Assembly (NCBI GenBank): GCA_027009865.1 | Contig: JALVCR010000099.1 | Coordinates: 1 to 35,408 of the forward strand | DNA from: Campylobacterales bacterium | GTDB taxonomy: Bacteria; Campylobacterota; Campylobacteria; Campylobacterales; JAADDG01 | Reading direction: 5' to 3' | Length of the DNA: 35,408 nucleotides | In this document: piece by piece, positions 27,088 to 35,033 of the stretch | Numbering within the stretch: position 1 is the stretch's first letter | Layout: every line of letters begins with the position of its first letter | Made by a program: the position numbers and the translations under genes | The notes under the pieces: model-generated | Databases searched by the model: none | Seen by the model: the letters and a program-made list of their open reading frames with translations, nothing else | What the model was told of the DNA's origin: nothing

Positions 27088-27690
27088 ATGAATTATCCTG
27101 CATTTTTCGATAAAGTAGAAAAGATAAAACTATATGATCCTTTAGCGGATTTCTTAGGAGCGATAGAAAACGGCGAGATGCAAATAGAGTATATTGACGC
27201 GGTTAAATTTGCAGGCCACTCCTGCCCTACGGTAGCGGGAGCATATTTGATGACTCTTTTGGGATTAAGAGAGCTTTTTGCTAACTCTTTACCAATTAGA
27301 GGAGAGATAGAGGTTTTTATAAAAGGAGAGAAAAAAGAGGGGGTAAACGGCGTGATAGGAAATACGATAGCTTTTATCTGCGGAGTCAGCGATGAGGCGG
27401 GTTTTAAGGGAATAGGCGGAAATTTCAACAGGTCAAATAAGCTCTTTTTTAATTCTCAAATTCCAAAAGATGTAAGATTAAAAAGAGCAGATACAAAAGA
27501 TTATGTCGATATCTCTTATGATAGTTCTATAATTCCCCCAAATCCTAAAATGAAAGAACTAATGCAGCTTATAATGATGAAAAGAGCGGATGAAAATATA
27601 AAAAAAGAGTTTCAAAAATTGTGGCAAGAGAGAGTTAAGAAGATACTGCTTTCAAAAGAGCTTTGGCCAAAAATGATACTAATCTCTTAA
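27088..27690 (+). CDS. FmdE/FwdE-domain-like protein (putative)
   Basis: Motifs GHSCPTVAGAY and ...ICGVSDEAGFKGIGGNF... resemble the FmdE family signature (GHxCPG..G, C..D..q..tG). SD GGGGAGAG. Transcribed divergently from napA. Confidence 0.5.
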   Translation: MNYPAFFDKVEKIKLYDPLADFLGAIENGEMQIEYIDAVKFAGHSCPTVAGAYLMTLLGLRELFANSLPIRGEIEVFIKGEKKEGVNGVIGNTIAFICGVSDEAGFKGIGGNFNRSNKLFFNSQIPKDVRLKRADTKDYVDISYDSSIIPPNPKMKELMQLIMMKRADENIKKEFQKLWQERVKKILLSKELWPKMILIS

Positions 27691-27692
27691 AA

Positions 27693-27716
27693 AGTCCCTT
27701 TTAGGGACTATTTTTT
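27693..27716. terminator. Bidirectional terminator between convergent genes
   Basis: AGTCCCT-ttt-AGGGACT flanked by an A-run (27689-27692) and a T-run (27711-27716). It overlaps the TAG of the minus-strand gene. Confidence 0.7.
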
Positions 27717-28214
27717 GATATATGTCAAAAATTTATCTTCACTCTCTTTGGCGCTAAATACTTCATAACCTCTCTTTAAAAACTCATCAATTAAAGGAGC
27801 CGGCTTAAAATCGGTCTCTAACAGCAAAACATCCCCTTTTTCAAAATCTTTTAAAATTTTATTGATATAGGAGAGAGGATTTTCTCCTTCATCTAAAAGC
27901 TTGTTTCCATTAACTATTGCTTTTGGCTCTTTTGTAGCCCATATAGGAAAACTTTTTTCCTCTTTTTGCTCATTATCTTCAATATTTTCAATCTCTTCTT
28001 TTCCAACAAGCCTTCTTATTTTATTTAATAAATCCAAAGGCTCCATTCCCCCTACGATAGCCGCTTGTTTGATACCGGCTACCCTTGCTATTGTTCTTCT
28101 TAAAACGGGGTTTTTTAGCTTTTTAAATTTGGGATTTATTTTAATAAGCTCATCTTCTAAGAAAGGATACTCCTTTAAAAGATCGTAAATCTTGGTATTT
28201 AAATCTATCTCCAT
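27708..28214 (-). CDS. Two-domain protein: DUF1858-like N-terminus plus DUF2249-like C-terminus
   Basis: The N-terminus (IYDLLKEYPFLEDELIKINPKFKKLKNPVLRRTIARVAGIKQAA) matches my recollection of DUF1858. The C-terminus (GENPLSYINKILKDFEKGDVLLLETDFKPAPLIDEFLKRGYEV) is DUF2249/TusA-fold-like. Last gene of the operon. Confidence 0.55.
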   Translation of the reverse strand: MEIDLNTKIYDLLKEYPFLEDELIKINPKFKKLKNPVLRRTIARVAGIKQAAIVGGMEPLDLLNKIRRLVGKEEIENIEDNEQKEEKSFPIWATKEPKAIVNGNKLLDEGENPLSYINKILKDFEKGDVLLLETDFKPAPLIDEFLKRGYEVFSAKESEDKFLTYIKK

Positions 28215-28432
28215 ATCTTCTCGCCCCTTTTATATCGCCTATACATTATATAGAAATCTTTAAAAATCAAAATAAGAGAATATATCCATAAAATATCCAA
28301 AACTATATTTCTATCATATCCTAAATAAAAATATAAAACGGGAAGGCCTATAACAATAGGCCATTTCATATAATAAAAAAATAAAATTCCAACCCCGTAT
28401 AGATGGCGAAGCTCCCTTTTTAAATCTCTCAT
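28205..28432 (-). CDS. Small (75 aa) two-TM membrane protein
   Basis: Two hydrophobic helices with basic flanks. It overlaps both neighbours (4 and 10 nt), which suggests translational coupling. Confidence 0.5.
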   Translation of the reverse strand: MRDLKRELRHLYGVGILFFYYMKWPIVIGLPVLYFYLGYDRNIVLDILWIYSLILIFKDFYIMYRRYKRGEKIWR

Positions 28433-28746
28433 TTAAACAGATTTGCCCCCAAAGCCTTCTTAACCTCTTCGCTTGCCATAGTGATATTCCAAGGCGGATC
28501 CCAAACTATCTCAACCGTAACTTCTCCAACCCCCGGAAGCTTCTCTACAGCCTCTTTAACCCACTGCTGCATCATCTGATGCAAAGGGCATCCTCTCGTA
28601 GATAGAGTCATTTTTACATGGACATTATTTTCATCGTCAATCTCCACATCGTAAATAAGCCCCATATCTACAACATTAAATCCAACTTCTGGATCTATTA
28701 CCGTCTTTATCGCATCATAAACTTGCTCTTTTGTAAGTTTACTCAT
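28429..28746 (-). CDS. DUF59 / SufT-like FeS-assembly family protein
   Basis: VIDPEVGFNVVDMGLIY...VKMTLSTRGCPL... is the typical DUF59 (MIP18/SufT) signature. I placed the start at ATG 28744-28746 (SD AGGAG), 2 nt after the upstream stop. Confidence 0.7.
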   Translation of the reverse strand: MSKLTKEQVYDAIKTVIDPEVGFNVVDMGLIYDVEIDDENNVHVKMTLSTRGCPLHQMMQQWVKEAVEKLPGVGEVTVEIVWDPPWNITMASEEVKKALGANLFK

Positions 28747-29989
28747 TTTCACTCCTAAATTCAAGCATCCATTTTAAAGAAAATCCTAAAAATAAAGCTC
28801 CCATAAAAAGCAGATAAACTCCTCCCCTAAAAAGCTCGTCATTGCTTACCAAAAGCCCCAAAGTAGATAAAACTGCTCCAGCAAAACTAAACCAAAACTC
28901 AAATTCCGCCATCTTTTTTGGATACATCTCGTTTAACATCGGAACTTTTCTTTTTCCAACAAGAGGAGAGAATCTATGAAACCATACCAAAAAAGGAACT
29001 ATTTTATAAAGATGGCCGTTTATTAAAAAAGCAAAAAATCCCACAAACAAAAGCCACATTGAGGAATATAAAAAATTATTTGCTCCTCCTCCGCTTAGAA
29101 TATACAAAAATCCAAGCAAAAGCGAAACAAATAAAGATATATAACCAAAAATCATAGATTTATACCAGATATCCATCTCTCTTCTGACTCTTTTTTGATA
29201 AATTAAAAATATCTGATATAAGTAAAAAACTATTGAAACAAAAGAGAGAAAATAGCCGACTAATTTAATAATATCAGCCTTTAAAAAAACTCCTGCAAAA
29301 ACCAAAGCAACCGAATAGATCATAAACTTAAAAGCAAGATTTATAGCTCTCTCATTAAAGCCGTGGGCAAGGCCGAACATTGGAAGCAAAATCAAAGATA
29401 TTCCCATAATTGTAATTAATACATATCCTCCCACAACCGCAAAAACATGAGCTTTTAAAATCTCCTCTATATCAACCCCCATAAATCCAGAAAGCGTCAA
29501 AGCCATCAGAAACCCGCTTAAAATTCCAATCAAAAGAAAAATATTTGAAACTTTGACAGCTTTTACAGTTAATGAATTTAATGAGGTTTTCTTTATCGTC
29601 AAAAACACATCAACCGCAAAAATAATCATTGAGCTTAAAACAAGTATCCCCCCGAAACTTAAAAGTATCGGATTAAGCCAAAAACCGGCTACCAGCAAAA
29701 CAGTTCCTATCAAAAGAAGAGGGAAAATTAGATAATACCAGTCTATGCTAAAATGGCCGGTTTCTAAAACAACCGGGACAAGCTGAGCCATCGCTCCAAA
29801 AATTATCATCATAACATAGCCGATTAAAAAAAGATGAACCCATCCAGCTACGCTAAGCTCTCTAAAATCAAATCCGGCAGAATAAAAAAGAGCCGAAAGC
29901 ATCGACAAAATATAAAAAACAACACCGCTTATAAAAAACGGCGTAATTAATTTAAAAGGCGGCGCAAAATCTTTAGATACGTTAAACAC
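28739..29989 (-). CDS. 416-aa, ~12-TM membrane protein with six conserved-looking His (possible haem/Cu-binding, distant NnrS-like?)
   Basis: By eye there are 12 hydrophobic segments. His residues lie in or next to helices: WVHLF, GHFSIDW, KAHVFAV, LAHGFNE, INGHLYK, WFHRFSP. I recognised no confident family motif. Confidence 0.5.
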   Translation of the reverse strand: MFNVSKDFAPPFKLITPFFISGVVFYILSMLSALFYSAGFDFRELSVAGWVHLFLIGYVMMIIFGAMAQLVPVVLETGHFSIDWYYLIFPLLLIGTVLLVAGFWLNPILLSFGGILVLSSMIIFAVDVFLTIKKTSLNSLTVKAVKVSNIFLLIGILSGFLMALTLSGFMGVDIEEILKAHVFAVVGGYVLITIMGISLILLPMFGLAHGFNERAINLAFKFMIYSVALVFAGVFLKADIIKLVGYFLSFVSIVFYLYQIFLIYQKRVRREMDIWYKSMIFGYISLFVSLLLGFLYILSGGGANNFLYSSMWLLFVGFFAFLINGHLYKIVPFLVWFHRFSPLVGKRKVPMLNEMYPKKMAEFEFWFSFAGAVLSTLGLLVSNDELFRGGVYLLFMGALFLGFSLKWMLEFRSENE

Positions 29990-30005
29990 CTTCTAACTCT
30001 CCTTT

Positions 30006-30350
30006 CTAACCCTCACAGTGAGAATCGTTTAAATTAGCTTTTTCGCTCTCTCCCTCTTTATAGCTAAAAACCAATCTCACATTTCCGTCTGGAAGTTCCT
30101 CTTTTTCAATATTATAGTTTTGCTCAATCTTATTTAAAAGTCCCATTGGCATTTTATGATTTATCATAACAAGCTTGATATTTGGAGAATTTACAAGCTT
30201 CAAACCGGCCATCGCATTTACCATAGGCTCGGGAGGACCGCATCTGCTTGTATCAAATTGATAATAAGTAACTCCGTCTTTTTCATATTTAAAAAAATCA
30301 ACGCTTGCTCCGGGAACCTCCACTTTTTGAGCATTGTCTGGCAAATACAT
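30006..30350 (-). CDS. DUF2249 / TusA-fold-like small protein
   Basis: FDTSRCGPPEPMVNAMAGL...LVMINHKMPMGLLNKIEQ matches the DUF2249 pattern (PPEP...P..L). Strong SD AAGGAGG. First gene after the FNR box. Confidence 0.55.
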   Translation of the reverse strand: MYLPDNAQKVEVPGASVDFFKYEKDGVTYYQFDTSRCGPPEPMVNAMAGLKLVNSPNIKLVMINHKMPMGLLNKIEQNYNIEKEELPDGNVRLVFSYKEGESEKANLNDSHCEG

Positions 30351-30412
30351 AAAAAACCTCCTTATTTAAGATAAAAATTGTCTTATTTTATCACTTCAAA
30401 GCTTTATTGTCA

Positions 30413-30426
30413 TTGATTCATATCAA
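30413..30426 (-). promoter_or_regulatory. FNR/CRP-type box TTGATTCATATCAA upstream of the DUF operon
   Basis: Perfect palindrome 63 nt upstream of ATG 30350. A GATAAAAT -10-like element lies about 30 nt downstream on the minus strand. Confidence 0.6.
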
Positions 30427-30460
30427 AATATAAAATTTTTATCTATTTTATAAGCTGAAA

Positions 30461-31804
30461 TTATTTTCCAAGACAGAAATTAGAAAACATCTTATCTAAA
30501 ATCTCATCTCTCTCAAAAGGTCTTGTTACAGAAGATATATAAGATATTGCATCGTTTAAAAGATATGAGAAAAGCTCTAACTCCCCTTCGCTTAAATGCT
30601 CTTTTGCCTCTTTAATTGCATTCAAAGCTTCTCTGACCGCTTCTATCTGCCTTTTTGATATCAAAATCAGATCATTTTGAATACTTTGGGAATCAAGATA
30701 TTTTTGTATGGAATCCATAACCAAACTTGTATCTTGTTTGCAGCTTATCTTAATTAATTCAAAATCTTTAAATTTAGAGAGATCCAACCTATTTGGAAGA
30801 TCCATTTTATTGATTATTACAAAAATCTTCTTTTTATCTTTATACTCATTAATTAAATCCAATATCTTCTTATCATCGTTGTCAAACTCTCTTGAATTAT
30901 CGAAAACTGCCAAAACTATATCGCTCTCTTCTATCGCTTTTACCGATCTTTGCATTCCCATCTTCTCTATAAAATCCTCGCTCTCCCCCCTGATTCCGGC
31001 GGTATCTACTATCTTTACAAGATGGGTTCCGACTCTTATCTCCTCTTCTATCGTATCTCTCGTGGTTCCGGCAACATCGCTTATAATAGCTCTATTGTAG
31101 CTTAAAATAGAATTTAAAAGAGAGCTTTTCCCGACATTTGGCTTCCCTATTATAGAGATTTTAAACCCCTCTATAAGCCCCTCTCTTTTTAAGCTTATTA
31201 AAAGCGTTTTCTCAAGCTCTTTTGAAATAGAGTCAAGTTTTCTTGAGATATTATCCATCAAATCCAAAGGAAGGTCTTCTTCGGCATAATCTATGCTAAC
31301 TTCCACATAGGCTAAAATCTCAATCAAAGAATCTCTCAAAGAGTCCATATACTCTTTAAGTTCGCCCTTTAGCTGTTTTGAGAGAATTTTAGCGGCATCT
31401 AAGCTTTTGCTCTCTATAAGTTTTGCGATAGCCTCGGCTTTTGTTAAATCTATTCTGCCGTTTAAAAAGGCTCTTTTGGTAAATTCTCCGGGATTTGCGA
31501 GTCTTGCTCCAAGCTTTAGAGTCTCTTCCAAAATCAAAGAGGCCACAACCAAGCCTCCGTGGCACTGAAACTCTATTACATCTTCGCAGGTAAAGCTTTT
31601 TGGAGCCTTAAAGTAGATTACGATAGCTTCGTCAATAAACTCCCCGCTTGTGTTATAGAGATTGCATAAAGTGGCAAAGCGGGGCTTAAAATCATCTTTT
31701 TTAGCCATTTTTTTAGCAATATCCAAAGCCTTATCACCGCTTACTCTGACAATAGCGATAGAGCCGATTCCGTAAGCTGTCGCAATAGCGGATATGGTAT
31801 CTAT
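30461..31804 (-). CDS. mnmE: tRNA modification GTPase MnmE (TrmE)
   Basis: G-domain motifs GKPNVGKSS, DTAG and NKMD, and the C-terminal CLGK. The conserved N-terminus IDTISAIATAYGIGSIAIVRVSG continues 26 codons upstream of the track's TTG start, up to an in-frame TGA. The only possible start is ATA 31802-31804. Confidence 0.9.
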   Translation of the reverse strand: MDTISAIATAYGIGSIAIVRVSGDKALDIAKKMAKKDDFKPRFATLCNLYNTSGEFIDEAIVIYFKAPKSFTCEDVIEFQCHGGLVVASLILEETLKLGARLANPGEFTKRAFLNGRIDLTKAEAIAKLIESKSLDAAKILSKQLKGELKEYMDSLRDSLIEILAYVEVSIDYAEEDLPLDLMDNISRKLDSISKELEKTLLISLKREGLIEGFKISIIGKPNVGKSSLLNSILSYNRAIISDVAGTTRDTIEEEIRVGTHLVKIVDTAGIRGESEDFIEKMGMQRSVKAIEESDIVLAVFDNSREFDNDDKKILDLINEYKDKKKIFVIINKMDLPNRLDLSKFKDFELIKISCKQDTSLVMDSIQKYLDSQSIQNDLILISKRQIEAVREALNAIKEAKEHLSEGELELFSYLLNDAISYISSVTRPFERDEILDKMFSNFCLGK

Positions 31805-32505
31805 TTTTCACGCCTTAAAAAGTCGTTGACTATTATATATTTCTGCCCGTCTCTGTTTGTTTTGATGCTTACATACTTATCTTTAAACTCTTCTCTAAGC
31901 TCTTTTAAAGCTATCTTTATCAAAACTCCGTCCAAAGGCTTAGTCTGTCCTCTTCCCTGCTCTCTTATTTTCTCTTTTAAAGGAGCAAGATATCTTCTTA
32001 TCATCTCTTCTTGATTTTTCAAAAACTCGGCTATCTCAAGTTTGATATTCAATTTATATTTTAAATTTACCCAATTATAAATCATATATGAGAAAGCTTT
32101 ATATCTGTAACCCTCTTTTCCTATCAACAAAGCGGCATCTTTGCCTTTAATCTCTATCAATACTCCGTTTTCCTCCTCTTCGGGAGAGACTTTTATACTG
32201 TCAAGATCAAAACAGCTGAATTTCATAAGATGATTTAATTTCTCTTCTATCTCTTTTGCCGCTTTCTCTATCTCCTCTTTGCTTTTTTGCTCATATTTAA
32301 ACTCTTTTTTCTTTTGAGAAAACTGCTCTACTTTATTTTCATTCTTCATAGCGGCTGTAATAATGGCTCTCTTTTTAAAAATTCCAAAAATTCCTCTTGA
32401 GGGGTGCTGAATTATCTCTATATCAAGCTCGGTTACGGAGCAGTTTAAATTTGCGGCGGCTTTAGAATAGGCTTCTTCCAAAGTATCCGCTTCAACTCTT
32501 ATCAT
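31801..32505 (-). CDS. jag: Jag/KhpB-like RNA-binding protein (Jag_N, KH, R3H)
   Basis: Jag_N-like start (IRVEADTLEEAYSKAAANLN) and a conserved yidC-jag-mnmE arrangement. There is a 4-nt overlap with yidC. Confidence 0.85.
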   Translation of the reverse strand: MIRVEADTLEEAYSKAAANLNCSVTELDIEIIQHPSRGIFGIFKKRAIITAAMKNENKVEQFSQKKKEFKYEQKSKEEIEKAAKEIEEKLNHLMKFSCFDLDSIKVSPEEEENGVLIEIKGKDAALLIGKEGYRYKAFSYMIYNWVNLKYKLNIKLEIAEFLKNQEEMIRRYLAPLKEKIREQGRGQTKPLDGVLIKIALKELREEFKDKYVSIKTNRDGQKYIIVNDFLRREK

Positions 32506-34094
32506 GATTTAGCCTTTTGTAGCTTTTTTTGCTGATCCATATAAGCGTTAACAAAATATTGCTGAGCAACCGATAAAAGGTTGTTTACAAACCAATAAAG
32601 CGTAAGACCGGCCGGAAATGTTACAAAGAAAAATGTAAAGATAATCGGCAAAAATTTCATGACTTTCTCTTGAGTTGGATCAGTAACGCTCATAGGAGTA
32701 ATTTTTTGGTTCCAATACATGGTAGCTCCCATTAAAATAGGAAGCACAAAATAGGGATCTTTAGCTGAAAGATCGGTAATCCATAAAATCCAAGGCGCTC
32801 CTTTTAGCTCTATTGCGTTTAACAAAACCCTATATATAGCAAAGAAAACCGGAATTTGCAACAACATAGGAAGACATCCGCCCATTGGATTTGCCCCATG
32901 CTTTTTATAAAGCTCCATCATATGAGCATTTAATTTTTGCCTGTCGTCTTTATATTTTTGCTGAAGCTCTTTTATTTTCGGAGCAAGCTCTTTCATTTTA
33001 TTCATTGAAAGCATTCCCTTGAATGTCAAAGGAAATAAAACCAATCTTATCAATATCGTAATAAGAACTATCGCCCATCCCCAGTTTCCTATCATCTCAT
33101 ACAAAAACAAAAGAAGCTTAAACATAGGTTTGGCAATAAAAGTAAAAAAGCCATACTCTATCATATCGGTAAGTCTTGGATCTATACTCTCCAAAATTCT
33201 ATGATCTTTTGGTCCTATAAATCCTTTTATCTCCAAATTTGAAGAGCTTTTTACAAAAGCTATAGGATTTTGGTCTGAATCTGGAGATATTACAACATTT
33301 AATCCCTTATCAAAATTGTAAAAAGCGGTAGCATAATATCTATCGAAAGCTGAAAGTATTTTAGCTTTTTTTACAAAAATAGGATTTTTCGTATCTTTAT
33401 CTTCAGCAATAGTCAAAGTCCCGTCCGGCTCTTCAACCAAAACTCCATGCACAGTATAAGCATCGGCTATAACAGTGGGTCTGTGTCCGGGAGTTATAAA
33501 ATATTCAGCAGGTTTGGAGAGAGTGATTTTTATGTCATAATTTCCTTTGGGATAAAAAGTTATCTCTTTTGTTATCACTCTGTCGGATAGATTTTGAGTT
33601 AAAGTTATTTTAGCGCTTTTACCGTCTAAAATAATCTCTTTTTTATCTGCTGTATAAGGATTTTTAAAAGCCTCTTTGTTTAACTTAGAATCGCTGAATC
33701 TAACTTCAAGAGGTTTAGGTTCAGCTTTAGATGAAAAAAGCTCCAATCTCTCGCCCTTTTCATTTTTAAATCTTTTGTCGTTTATGAAAAATTTATATAT
33801 TCTTCCAAGCTCGTCTATCTGAACGGTAAAATGCTTTGAGTTTATAGTAGCTATTATTTTATGTTTTGAAATCTCTTTATTTGAGATAGGAGCGTTTTTA
33901 TTCTCATCAACTCTATTTTCCGCTTCAACGCTTGGAGCGCTTTTAGAGGATATCTCTTTTGAAGAGGCAGTAGAATTTAGTTCATTTGCAATGGGCTTTT
34001 TTGGAATAAAAAAGTAGTCATACAGCCCAAGCACTATAACGCTTAAAACAACCGCTATTAACATTCTTTGATTTTGACTTAAATTATCCAACAC
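32502..34094 (-). CDS. yidC: Membrane protein insertase YidC
   Basis: N-terminal TM, a large periplasmic domain and the C-terminal 5-TM core (GWAIVLITILIRLVLFPL..., GGCLPMLLQIPVFFA). Confidence 0.95.
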   Translation of the reverse strand: MLDNLSQNQRMLIAVVLSVIVLGLYDYFFIPKKPIANELNSTASSKEISSKSAPSVEAENRVDENKNAPISNKEISKHKIIATINSKHFTVQIDELGRIYKFFINDKRFKNEKGERLELFSSKAEPKPLEVRFSDSKLNKEAFKNPYTADKKEIILDGKSAKITLTQNLSDRVITKEITFYPKGNYDIKITLSKPAEYFITPGHRPTVIADAYTVHGVLVEEPDGTLTIAEDKDTKNPIFVKKAKILSAFDRYYATAFYNFDKGLNVVISPDSDQNPIAFVKSSSNLEIKGFIGPKDHRILESIDPRLTDMIEYGFFTFIAKPMFKLLLFLYEMIGNWGWAIVLITILIRLVLFPLTFKGMLSMNKMKELAPKIKELQQKYKDDRQKLNAHMMELYKKHGANPMGGCLPMLLQIPVFFAIYRVLLNAIELKGAPWILWITDLSAKDPYFVLPILMGATMYWNQKITPMSVTDPTQEKVMKFLPIIFTFFFVTFPAGLTLYWFVNNLLSVAQQYFVNAYMDQQKKLQKAKS

Positions 34095-34440
34095 GGTCTT
34101 TTTCCTTTTTAAAACTTTTTATTAAATAGAATTTGTCTCCCTTTTTGGGAACAAACCAGTATTCTATCGAAAAATCTTTATTTCTAAACATATTTCCATT
34201 TTTTAAAAAAGATTTTTCAAATTTCTTTATGACAACGGGATAATCTATCCCGCCTCTAAAAAGCTGATTGCATCGAAGAACCCTCAAAGTAGAAAAAACA
34301 AAAGCTTTAAAGAGGGAGTTTTTATTTATCTGCCATTTGGCATACTCCGAACAGGTCGGATAGTATCTGCAGCTGCCAAAACTAAATAGAGTAAAAACTT
34401 TTTGATAAATTTCAAGAAAAAAGAGAAAAACCTTTCTCAT
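34084..34440 (-). CDS. yidD: Membrane protein insertion efficiency factor YidD (with a C-terminal extension)
   Basis: CRYYPTCSEYA signature. ATGA overlap with the rnpA stop. Confidence 0.9.
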   Translation of the reverse strand: MRKVFLFFLEIYQKVFTLFSFGSCRYYPTCSEYAKWQINKNSLFKAFVFSTLRVLRCNQLFRGGIDYPVVIKKFEKSFLKNGNMFRNKDFSIEYWFVPKKGDKFYLIKSFKKEKDRVG

Positions 34441-34772
34441 TTATAGGCTCTAAGATATTTTAAAGCCTCTTTGAGGCTGTTTTTTATTTTTTGATAATTT
34501 TCCGTTAAAATCGCTCTTTTGGCTACAAAAATATAAGTTCCCTCTTTTAAAGCTTCCTCATTTTCCAAAAAAAGAGCCCTAAGCCTTCTTTTGGCAAAAT
34601 TTCTCTTAACCGCATTACCTATTTTCTTGCTGACGGTAAAACCGACTCTCTTCTCGCCGCCCTCTTTAAAAAAAATTACTATGCTTTGAGTGTGCCTCTT
34701 TTTTGAATTGTTATAGATCTTAGAAAACTCTTTGGGAGTTTTTAAAAGCTTGAAACTTTTTAAACGCTCAAT
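34437..34772 (-). CDS. rnpA: RNase P protein component RnpA
   Basis: Not in the ORF track. My translation is (M)[67 protein letters not shown]...RAYK*, which carries the RNR-motif region. There is no ATG/GTG/TTG after the in-frame TAA, so the start is assigned to ATT 34770-34772. Confidence 0.85.
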   Translation of the reverse strand: MERLKSFKLLKTPKEFSKIYNNSKKRHTQSIVIFFKEGGEKRVGFTVSKKIGNAVKRNFAKRRLRALFLENEEALKEGTYIFVAKRAILTENYQKIKNSLKEALKYLRAYK

Positions 34773-34894
34773 CTTTTTCTGCCTTTAGCTCTTCTTCTTT
34801 TTAAAACTTTTCTTCCGTTTTTAGTCTTCATTCTCGCTCTAAAACCGTGCGTTCTCTTTCTTGGAGTGTTATGTGGCTGATATGTTCTTTTCAC
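34760..34894 (-). CDS. rpmH: 50S ribosomal protein L34
   Basis: Below the track cut-off. GTG start with SD AAGGAA. Translation: [44 protein letters not shown]. Confidence 0.95.
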   Translation of the reverse strand: MKRTYQPHNTPRKRTHGFRARMKTKNGRKVLKRRRAKGRKRLSV

Positions 34895-35033
34895 TTTGCG
34901 TTCCTTTTTCAAAAATTTTTTATGCGCGAAATCTTAATAAAACTTTACTTAAATACCACTAAATATAGGCACTCAAACCTTTTAAAATGAAAGTTTATAA
35001 CCGATATTACGCAATTAAAGAAAATGTAAATTG

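Noticed and set aside
30708-31100. 130-aa + strand ORF
   Set aside because: It is antisense to the G domain of mnmE. Its Ser/Leu/Ile-rich composition marks it as a shadow frame.
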